A DNA stretch of 52,253 bases from Utricularia gibba (lineage: Eukaryota; Plantae; Magnoliophyta). Position 1 is the stretch's first letter; every line of letters starts with the position of its first letter. Location: assembly GCA_002189035.1 (NCBI GenBank), contig NEEC01000206.1, forward strand, positions 1 through 52,253, given 5' to 3'. The notes beneath the pieces are model-generated. The model did no database searches, was not told the DNA's origin, and saw nothing but the letters and a program-made list of their open reading frames with translations. Positions 24,401 to 36,148 of this stretch are shown piece by piece. Position numbers and translations under genes: made by a program.

Positions 24401-26609
24401 AACGTCGTGGCCACTTTGTGGCACAATTGAAGGGTAATATAAGGCAATAATTCGAGCTCTGATACATCGTCGGACGACGAAGCTTCAAAACGGAAGATGA
24501 CCGCCCTGGAATGAGCTTCGAAACGGTGTGTCGTGTGCAACGTGGCTCATCACGGTTTTCAAGATATCGACAAAATACGGAATGGTGCACGAGGCCTGCA
24601 TCAGGTGTGGGTTGGAACACAACGTGGCATTGTAAGGGATCGCCTCAAAAACAAAAATTTCACACCTTCCAATGAAATGCATATGTTTTGAAGCGAGAAA
24701 TCCCATTCGCGTCGAATCGGAAGTCCCGAGTCGCATCATCGCGAACGTCGTGGCCACTTTGTGGCACAATTGAAGGCTAATATAAGGCAATAATTCGAGC
24801 TCTGATACATCGTCGAACGACAAAGCTTCAAAACGGAAGATGACCGCTCGGAATGAGCTTCGAAACGGTGTGTCGTGCGCAACGTGGCTCATCACGGTTT
24901 TCAAGATATCGACAAAATACGGAATGGTGCACGAGGCCTTCATCAGGTGTGGGTTGGAACACACCGTGGCATTGTAAGGGATCGCCTCAAAAACGAAAAT
25001 TTCACACCTTCCAATGAAATCCATATGTCTTGAAAGCGAGAAATCCCATTCGCGTCGAATCGGAAGTCCGAGGTCGCATCATCGCGAACGTCGTGGCCAC
25101 TTTGTGGCACAATTGAAGGCTAATATAAGGCAATAATTCGAGCTCTGATACATCGTCGGACGACGAAGCTTCAAAACGGAAGATGACCGCCCTGGAATGA
25201 GCTTCGAAACGGTGTGTCGTGCGCAACGTGGCTCATCACGGTTTCAAGATATCGAAAAAATACGGAATGGTGCACGAGGCCTGCATCAGGTGTGGGTTGG
25301 AACACAACCGTGGCATTGTAAGGGATCGCCTCAAAAACAAAAATTTCACACCTTCCAATGAAATGCATATGTTTTGCAAGCGAGAAATCACATTTGCGTC
25401 GAATTGGAAGCCCCGAGTCGCATCATCGCGTCGTCGTGCCACTTTGTGGCACAATTGAAGGCTAATATAAGGCAATAATTCGATCTCTGATAATCGTCGG
25501 ACGACGAAGCTTCAAAACGGAAGATGACCGCTCTGGAATGAGCTTCGAAACGGTGTGTCGTGTGCAACAAGGCTCATCACGGTTTTCAAGATATTTACAA
25601 AATACGGAATGGTGCACGAGGCCTGCATCAGGTGTGGGTTGGAACACAACCGTGGCATTGTAAGGGTTCGCCTCTAAAACAAAAATTTCATACCTTCCAA
25701 TGAAATCCATATGTCTTGAATGCGAGAAAACCCATTCGCGTCGAATCGGAAGTCCGAGGTCGCATCATCGCGAACGTCGTGGCCACTTTGTGGCACAATT
25801 GAAGGCTAATATAAGGCAATAATTCGAGCTCTGATATATTGTCGGACGACGAAGCTTCAAAACGGAAGATGACCGCCTGGAATGAGCTTCGAAACGGTGT
25901 GTCGTGCGAAACGTGGCTCATCACGGTTTTCAAGATATCGATAAAATACGGAATGGTGCACGAGGCCTGCATCAGGTGTGGGTTGGAACACACCGTGGCA
26001 TTGTAAGGGATCGCCTCTAAAACGAAAATTCACACCTTCCAATGAAATGCATATGTTTGAAAGCGAGAAATCCATTCGCGTCGAATCGGAAGTCCGGTCG
26101 CATCATCGCGAACGTCGTGGCCACTTTGTGGCACAATTGAAGGCTAATATAAGGCAATAATTCGAGCTCTGATATATTGTCGGACGACGAAGCTTCAAAA
26201 CGGAAGATGACCGCCCTGGAATGAGCTTCGAAACGGTGTGTCGTGCGCAACGTGGCTCATCACGGTTTTCAAGATATCGAAAAATACGGAATGGTGCACG
26301 AGGCCTGCATCAGGTGTGGGTTGGAACACAACCGTGGCATTGTAAGGGATCGCCTCTAAAAACAAATTTCACACCCTTCCAATGAAATGCATATGTTTTG
26401 AAGCGAGAAAACCATTCGCGTCGAATCGGAAGTCGAGTCGCATCATCGCGAACGTCGTGGCCACTTTGTGGCACAATTGAAGGGTAATATAAGGCAATAA
26501 TTCGAGCTCTGATACATCGTCGGACGACGAAGCTTCAAAACGGAAGATGACCGCCCTGGAATGAGCTTCGAAACGGTGTGTCGTGCGCAACGTGGCTCAT
26601 CACGGTTTC

Positions 26610-29600
26610 AAGATATCGAAAAAATACGGAATGGTGCACGAGGCCTGCATCAGGTGTGGGTTGGAACACAACCGTGGCATTGTAAGGGATCGCCTCTAAA
26701 AAATTTCACACCTTCCAATGAAATGCATATGTTTTGAAGCGAGAAATCCATTCGCGTCGAATCGGAAGCCCGAGTCGCATCATCGCGAACGTCGTGGCCA
26801 CTTTGTGGCACAATTGAAGGGTAATATAAGGCAATAATTCGAGCTCTGATATATTGTCGGACGACGAAGCTTCAAAAACGGAAGATGACCGCCTGGAATG
26901 AGCTTCGAAACGGTGTGTCGTGCGCAACGTGGCTCATCACGGTTTTCAAGATATCGACAAAATACGGAATGGTGCACGAGGCCTTCATCAGGTGTGGGTT
27001 GGAACACAACCGTGGCATTGTAAGGGATCGCCTCTAAAACGAAAATTTCACACCTTCCAATGAAATGCATATGTTTTGCAAGCGAGAAATCACATTTGCG
27101 TCGAATTGGAAGCCCCGAGTCGCATCATCGCGAACGTCGTGGCCACTTTGTGGCACAATTGAAGGGTAATATAAGGCAATAATTCGAGCTCTGATATATT
27201 GTCGGACGACGAAGCTTCAAAAACGGAAGATGACCGCCCTGGAATGAGCTTCGAAACGGTGTGTCGTGCAACGTGGCTCATCACGGTTTTCAAGATATCG
27301 AGAAAATACGGAATGGTGCACGAGGCCTGCATCAGGTGTGGGTTGGAACACAACCGTGGCATTGTAAGGGATCGCCTCTAAAACAAAAATTTCATACCTT
27401 CCAATGAAATCATATGTTTGAATGCGAGAAACCCATTCGCGTCGAATCGGAAGTCCGAGGTCGCATCATCGCGAACGTCGTGGCCACTTTGTGGCACAAT
27501 TGAAGGGTAATATAAGGCAATAATTCGAGCTCTGATATATTGTCGGACGACGAAGCTTCAAAAACGGAAGATGACCGCCGGAATGAGCTTCGAAACGGTG
27601 TGTCGTGCGCCGTGGCTCATCACGGTTTCAAGATATCGACAAAATACGGAATGGTGCACGAGGCCTGCATCAGGTGTGGGTTGGAACACAACCGTGGCAT
27701 TGTAAGGGATCGCTCTAAAACAAAATTTCACACCTTCCAATGAAATGCATATGTTTTTGAAGCGAGAAATCCATTTGCGTCGAATCGGAAGCCCCGAGTC
27801 GCATCATCGAACGTCGTGGCCACTTTGTGGCACAATTGAAGGGTAATATAAGGCAATAATTCGAGCTCTGATATATTGTCGGACGACGAAGCTTCAAAAA
27901 CGGAAGATGACCGCCTGGAATGAGCTTCGAAACGGTGTGTCGTGCGCAACGTGGCTCATCACGGTTTTCAAGATATCGAAAATACGGAATGGTGCACGAG
28001 GCCTGCATCAGGTGTGGGTTGGAACACAACCGTGCATTGTAAGGGATCGCCTCTAAAACGAAAATTTCACACTTCCAATGAAATGCATAGTTTTGCAAGC
28101 GAGAAATCCATTTGCGTCGAATTGGAAGCCCCGAGTCGCATCATCGCGAACGTCGTGGCCACTTTGTGGCACAATTGAAGGCTAATATAAGGCAATAATT
28201 CGAGCTCTGATATATTGTCGGACGACGAAGCTTCAAAAACGGAAGATGACCGCCCTGGAATGAGCTTCGAAACGGTGTGTCGTGCGCAACGTGGCTCATC
28301 ACGGTTTCAAGATATCGACAAAATACGGAATGGTGCACGAGGCCTGCATCAGGTGTGGTTGGAACACAACCGTGGCATTGTAAGGGATCGCCTCTAAAAC
28401 AAAAATTTCACACCTTCCAATGAAATGCATATGTTTTGAAGCGAGAAATCCATTCGCGTCGAATCGGAAGCCCGAGTCGCATCATCGCGAACGTCGTGGC
28501 CACTTTGTGGCACAATTGAAGGCTAATATAAGGCAATAATTCGAGCTCTGATATATTGTCGGACGACGAAGCTTCAAAAACGGAAGATGACCGCCTGGAA
28601 TGAGCTTCGAAACGGTGTGTCGTGCGCAACGTGGCTCATCACGGTTTCAAGATATCGACAAAATACGGAATGGTGCACGAGGCCTTCATCAGGTGTGGGT
28701 TGGAACACAACCGTGGCATTGTAAGGGATCGCCTCTAAAACGAAAATTTCACACCTTCCAATGAAATGCATATGTTTTGCAAGCGAGAAATCACATTTGC
28801 GTCGAATCGGAAGCCCGAGTCGCATCATCGCGAACGTCGTGGCCACTTTGTGGCACAATTGAAGGGTAATATAAGGCAATAATTCGAGCTCTGATATATT
28901 GTCGGACGACGAAGCTTCAAAAACGGAAGATGACCGCCCTGGAATGAGCTTCGAAACGGTGTGTCGTGCGCAACGTGGCTCATCACGGTTTCAAGATATC
29001 GACAAAATACGGAATGGTGCACGAGGCCTTCATCAGGTGTGGGTTGGAACACAACCGTGGCATTGTAAGGGATCGCCTCTAAAACAAAAATTTCACACCT
29101 TCCAATGAAATCCATATGTTTGAAGCGAGAAATCCCATTCGCGTCGAATCGGAAGTCCGAGGTCGCATCATCGCGAACGTCGTGGCCACTTTGTGGCACA
29201 ATTGAAGGGTAATATAAGGCAATAATTCGAGCTCTGATATATTGTCGGACGACGAAGCTTCAAAAACGGAAGATGACCGCCCTGGAATGAGCTTCGAAAC
29301 GGTGTGTCGTGCGCAACGTGGCTCATCACGGTTTCAAGATATCGACAAAATACGGAATGGTGCACGAGGCCTGCATCAGGTGTGGGTTGGAACACACCGT
29401 GCATTGTAAGGGATCGCCTCAAAAACAAAATTTCACACCTTCCAATGAAATGCATATGTTTTTGCAAGCGAGAAATCACATTTGCGTCGAATTGGAAGCC
29501 CCGAGTCGCATCATCGCGAACGTCGTGGCCACTTTGTGGCACAATTGAAGGCTAATATAAGGCAATAATTCGAGCTCTGATATATTGTCGGACGACGAAG

Positions 29601-32600
29601 CTTCAAAACGGAAGATGACCGCCCTGGAATGAGCTTCGAAACGGTGTGTCGTGCGCAACGTGGCTCATCACGGTTTCAAGATATCGACAAAAATACGGAA
29701 TGGTGCACGAGGCCTCATCAGGTGTGGGTTGGAACACAACCGTGGCATTGTAAGGGATCGCCTCTAAAACAAAAATTTCATACCTTCCAATGAAATCCAT
29801 ATGTCTTGAAGCGAGAAAACCCATTCGCGTCGAATCGGAAGTCCGAGGTCGCATCATCGCGAACGTCGTGGCCACTTTGTGGCACAATTGAAGGGTAATA
29901 TAGGCAATAATTCGAGCTCTGATATATTGTCGGACGACGAAGCTTCAAAAACGGAAGATGACCGCCCTGGAATGAGCTTCGAAACGGTGTGTCGTGCGCA
30001 ACGTGGCTCATCACGGTTTCAAGATATCGACAAAATACGGAATGGTGCACGAGGCCTGCATCAGGTGTGGGTTGGAACACACACGTGGCATTGTAAGGGA
30101 TCGCCTCTAAAACGAAAATTTCACACCTTCCAATGAAATGCATATGTTTTGAAGCGAGAAATCCATTTGCGTCGAATTGGAAGCCCGAGTCGCATCATCG
30201 CGAACGTCGTGGCCACTTTGTGGCACAATTGAAGGCTAATATAAGGCAATAATTCGAGCTCTGATATATTGTCGGACGACGAAGCTTCAAAAACGGAAGA
30301 TGACCGCCTGGAATGAGCTTCCGGTGTGTCGTGCGCAACGTGGCTCATCACGGTTTATCGATATACGGAATGGTGCACGAGGCCTGCATCAGGTGTGGGT
30401 TGGAACACAACCGTGGCATTGTAAGGGATCGCCTCTAAAAAAAAATTTCACACCTTCCAATGAAATCCATATGTTTGAAGCGAGAAACCATTCGCGTCGA
30501 ATCGGAAGTCCGAGGTCGCATCATCGCGAACGTCGTGGCCACTTTGTGGCACAATTGAAGGGTAATATAAGGCAATAATTCGAGCTCTGATATATTGTCG
30601 GACGACGAAGCTTCAAAAACGGAAGATGACCGCCCTGGAATGAGCTTCGAAACGGTGTGTCGTGCGCAACGTGGCTCATCACGGTTTCAAGATATCGACA
30701 AAATACGGAATGGTGCACGAGGCCTGCATCAGGTGTGGGTTGGAACACAACCGTGCATTGTAAGGGATCGCCTCTAAAACGAAAATTTCACACCTTCCAA
30801 TGAAAATGCATATGTTTTGCAAGCGAGAAATCACATTTGCGTCGAATTGGAAGCCCCGAGTCGCATCATCGCGAACGTCGTGGCCACTTTGTGGCACAAT
30901 TGAAGGCTAATATAAGGCAATATTCGAGCTCTGATATATTGTCGGACGACGAAGCTTCAAAAACGGAAGATGACCGCCCTGGAATGAGCTTCGAAACGGT
31001 GTGTCGTGCGAACGTGGCTCATCACGGTTTCAAGATATCGAAAAAATACGGAATGGTGCACGAGGCCTTCATCAGGTGTGGGTTGGAACACAACCGTGGC
31101 ATTGTAAGGGATCGCCTCTAAAAAAAAATTTCACACCTTCCAATGAAATCCATATGTTTGAAGCGAGAAATCCCATTCGCGTCGAATCGGAAGTCCGAGT
31201 CGCATCATCGCGAACGTCGTGGCCACTTTGTGGCACAATTGAAGGTAATATAAGGCAATAATTCGAGCTCTGATATATTGTCGGACGACGAAGCTTCAAA
31301 AACGGAAGATGACCGCCCTGGAATGAGCTTCGAAACGGTGTGTCGTGCGCAACGTGGCTCATCACGGTTTCAAGATATCGACAAAATACGGAATGGTGCA
31401 CGAGGCCTTCATCAGGTGTGGGTTGGAACACAACCGTGGCATTAAGGGATCGCCTCTAAACAAAAATTTCACACCTTCCAATGAAATCCATATGTTGAAT
31501 GCGAGAAACCCATTCGCGTCGAATCGGAAGTCCGAGGTCGCATCATCGCGAACGTCGTGGCCACTTTGTGGCACAATTGAAGGGTAATATAAGGCAATAA
31601 TTCGAGCTCTGATATATTGTCGGACGACGAAGCTTCAAAAACGGAAGATGACCGCCCTGGAATGAGCTTCGAAACGGTGTGTCGTGCGCAACGTGGCTCA
31701 TCACGGTTTCAAGATATCGACAAAATACGGAATGGTGCACGAGGCCTGCATCAGGTGTGGGTTGGAACACACCGTGCATTGTAAGGGATCGCCTCTAAAA
31801 ACAAAAATTTCACACCTTCCAATGAAATGCATATGTTTTGCAAGCGAGAAATCCATTTGCGTCGAATTGGAAGCCCCGAGTCGCATCATCGCGAACGTCG
31901 TGGCCACTTTGTGGCACAATTGAAGGCTAATATAAGGCAATAATTCGAGCTCTGATATATTGTCGGACGACGAAGCTTCAAAACGGAAGATGACCGCCCT
32001 GGAATGAGCTTCGAAACGGTGTGTCGTGCGCAACGTGGCTCATCACGGTTTCAAGATATCGACAAAATACGGAATGGTGCACGAGGCTCATCAGGTGTGG
32101 GTTGGAACACAACCGTGGCATTGTAAGGGATCGCCTCTAAACAAAATTTCACACCTTCCAATGAAATCCATATGTTTGAATGCGAGAAAACCCATTCGCG
32201 TCGAATCGGAAGTCCGAGGTCGCATCATCGCGAACGTCGTGGCCACTTTGTGGCACAATTGAAGGCTAATATAAGGCAATAATTCGAGCTCTGATATATT
32301 GTCGGACGACGAAGCTTCAAAAACGGAAGATGACCGCCTCTGGAATGAGCTTCGAAACGGTGTGTCGTGCGCAACGTGGCTCATCACGGTTTCAAGATAT
32401 CGACAAAATACGGAATGGTGCACGAGGCCTGCATCAGGTGTGGGTTGGAACACAACCGTGCATTGTAAGGGATCCTCTAAAACGAAAATTTCACACCTTC
32501 CAATGAAATGCATATGTTTTGCAAGCGAGAAATCACATTTGCGTCGAATTGGAAGCCCCGAGTCGCATCATCGCGAACGTCGTGGCACTTTGTGGCACAA

Positions 32601-35600
32601 TTGAAGGCTAATATAAGGCAATATTCGAGCTCTGATATATTGTCGGACGACGAAGCTTCAAAAACGGAAGATGACCGCCCTGGAATGAGCTTCGAAACGG
32701 TGTGTCGTGCGCAACGTGGCTCATCACGGTTTTCAAGATATCGACAAAATACGGAATGGTGCACGAGGCCTGCATCAGGTGTGGGTTGGAACACAACGTG
32801 GCATTGTAAGGGATCGCCTCTAAAACAAAAATTTCATACCTTCCAATGAAATCCATATGTTTGAAGCGAGAAACCCATTCGCGTCGAATCGGAAGTCCGA
32901 GGTCGCATCATCGCGAACGTCGTGGCCACTTTGTGGCACAATTGAAGGGTAATATAAGGCAATTATTCGAGCTCTGATATATTGTCGGACGACGAAGCTT
33001 CAAAACGGAAGATGACCGCCCTGGAATGAGCTTCGAAACGGTGTGTCGTGCGCAACGTGGCTCATCACGGTTTTCAAGATATCGACAAAATACGGAATGG
33101 TGCACGAGGCCTGCATCAGGTGTGGGTTGGAACACACCGTGGCATTGTAAGGGATCGCCTCAAAACAAAAATTTCACACCTTCCAATGAAATGCATATGT
33201 TTTGCAAGCGAGAAATCACATTTGCGTCGAATTGGAAGCCCCGAGTCGCATCATCGCGAACGTCGTGGCCACTTTGTGGCACAATTGAAGGGTAATATAA
33301 GGCAATAATTCGAGCTCTGATATATTGTCGGACGACGAAGCTTCAAAAACGGAAGATGACCGCCTGGAATGAGCTTCGAAACGGTGTGTCGTGCGCAACG
33401 TGGCTCATCACGGTTTCAAGATATCGACAAAATACGGAATGGTGCACGAGGCCTGCATCAGGTGTGGGTTGGAACACAACCGTGGCATTGTAAGGGATCG
33501 CCTCTAAAACAAAAATTTCATACCTTCCAATGAAATCCATATGTCTTGAAGCGAGAAACCCATTCGCGTCGAATCGGAAGTCCGAGGTCGCATCATCGCG
33601 AACGTCGTGGCCACTTTGTGGCACAATTGAAGGCTAATATAAGGCAATAATTCGAGCTCTGATATATTGTCGACGACGAAGCTTCAAAAACGGAAGATGA
33701 CCGCCTGGAATGAGCTTCGAAACGGTGTGTCGTGCGCAACGTGGCTCATCACGGTTTCAAGATATCGACAAAATACGGAATGGTGCACGAGGCCTGCATC
33801 AGGTGTGGGTTGGAACACACCGTGCATTGTAAGGGATCGCCTCTAAAAACGAAAATTTTCACACCTTCCAATGAAATGCATATGTTTGCAAGCGAGAAAT
33901 CACATTTGCGTCGAATTGGAAGCCCCGAGTCGCATCATCGCGAACGTCGTGGCCACTTTGTGGCACAATTGAAGGGTAATATAAGGCAATAATTCGAGCT
34001 CTGATATATCGTCGGACGACGAAGCTTCAAAAACGGAAGATGACCGCCTGGAATGAGCTTCGAAACGGTGTGTCGTGCGCAACGTGGCTCATCACGGTTT
34101 TCAAGATATCAAAATACGGAATGGTGCACGAGGCCTGCATCAGGTGTGGGTTGGAACACAACCGTGGCATTGTAAGGGATCGCCTCTAAACAAAAATTTC
34201 ATACCTTCCAATGAAATCCATATGTCTTGAATGCGAGAAACCCATTCGCGTCGAATCGGAAGTCCGAGGTCGCATCATCGCGAACGTCGTGGCCACTTTG
34301 TGGCACAATTGAAGGCTAATATAAGGCAATAATTCGAGCTCTGATATATTGTCGGACGACGAAGCTTCAAAACGGAAGATGACCGCCCTGGAATGAGCTT
34401 CGAAACGGTGTGTCGTGCGCAACGTGGCTCATCACGGTTTCAAGATATCGACAAAATACGGAATGGTGCACGAGGCCTGCATCAGGTGTGGGTTGGAACA
34501 CACCGTGGCATTGTAAGGGATCGCCTCTAAAAACGAAAAATTTCACACCTTCCAATGAAATGCATATGTTTTGCAAGCGAGAAATCACATTTGCGTCGAA
34601 TTGGAAGCCCCGAGTCGCATCATCGAACGTCGTGGCCACTTTGTGGCACAATTGAAGGGTAATATAAGGCAATAATTCGAGCTCTGATATATTGTCGGAC
34701 GACGAAGCTTCAAAAACGGAAGATGACCGCCTCTGGAATGAGCTTCGAAACGGTGTGTCGTGCGCAACGTGGCTCATCACGGTTTTCAAGATATCGACAA
34801 AATACGGAATGGTGCACGAGGCCCATCAGGTGTGGGTTGGAACACAACCGTGGCATTGTAAGGGATCGCCTCTAAAACAAAATTTCACACCTTCCAATGA
34901 AATCATATGTTTTGAAGCGAGAAATCCATTCGCGTCGAATCGGAAGCCCCGAGTCGCATCATCGCGAACGTCGTGGCCACTTTGTGGCACAATTGAAGGG
35001 TAATATAAGGCAATAATTCGAGCTCTGATATATTGTCGGACGACGAAGCTTCAAAAACGGAAGATGACCGCCCTGGAATGAGCTTCGAAACGGTGTGTCG
35101 TGCGCAACGTGGCTCATCACGGTTTCAAGATATCGACAAAATACGGAATGGTGCACGAGGCCTGCATCAGGTGTGGGTTGGAACACAACCGTGGCATTGT
35201 AAGGGATCGCCTCTAAACAAAAATTTCACACCTTCCAATGAAATCCATATGTTTGAAGCGAGAAAACCCATTCGCGTCGAATCGGAAGTCCGAGTCGCAT
35301 CATCGCGAACGTCGTGGCCACTTTGTGGCACAATTGAAGGCTAATATAAGGCAATAATTCGAGCTCTGATATATTGTCGGACGACGAAGCTTCAAAAACG
35401 GAAGATGACCGCCCTGGAATGAGCTTCGAAACGGTGTGTCGTGCGAACGTGGCTCATCACGGTTTTCAAGATATCGACAAAATACGGAATGGTGCACGAG
35501 GCCTGCATCAGGTGTGGGTTGGAACACATGGCATTGTAAGGGATCGCCTCTAAAACGAAAATTTCACACCTTCCAATGAAATCCATATGTTTTTGAAGCG

Positions 35601-36148
35601 AGAAATCCATTCGCGTCGAATCGGAAGTCCCGAGTCGCATCATCGCGAACGTCGTGGCCACTTTGTGGCACAATTGAAGGGTAATATAAGGCAATATTCG
35701 AGCTCTGATATATTGTCGGACGACGAAGCTTCAAAACGGAAGATGACCGCCTGGAATGAGCTTCGAAACGGTGTGTCGTGCGCAACGTGGCTCATCACGG
35801 TTTCAAGATATCGACAAAATACGGAATGGTGCACGAGGCCTGCATCAGGTGTGGGTTGGAACACAACCGTGGCATTGTAAGGGATCGCCTCTAAAACGAA
35901 AAATTTCACACCTTCCAATGAAATCATATGTTTTGCAAGCGAGAAATCCCATTCGCGTCGAATCGGAAGTCCGAGTCGCATCATCGCGAACGTCGTGGCC
36001 ACTTTGTGGCACAATTGAAGGGTAATATAAGGCAATAATTCGAGCTCTGATATATTGTCGGACGACGAAGCTTCAAAAACGGAAGATGACCGCCCTGGAA
36101 TGAGCTTCGAAACGGTGTGTCGTGCGCAACGTGGCTCATCACGGTTTC
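26610..36148 (+). repeat. Homogenised sub-array (28 monomers sharing one right-half haplotype)
   Basis: All 28 units have CTGATATAT rather than CTGATACAT. None has GTCGAACGACAA, GTGTGCAACAAGG, TCGATCTCTG, GCTTCCAAAA or GATATTTAC, all of which recur on both flanks. Confidence 0.8.
28649..34787 (+). repeat. Dimeric higher-order repeat (~683 bp), B-type alternating with C/A-type
   Basis: ATGCATATG..T(C/A)CATTTGCGTCGAAT(T)GGAAGCCC alternates with ATCCATATG..CCATTCGCGTCGAATCGGAAGTCCGAG over 18 monomers. There is one phase slip, where two CCAT units are adjacent at ~31032 and 31372. Confidence 0.85.
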
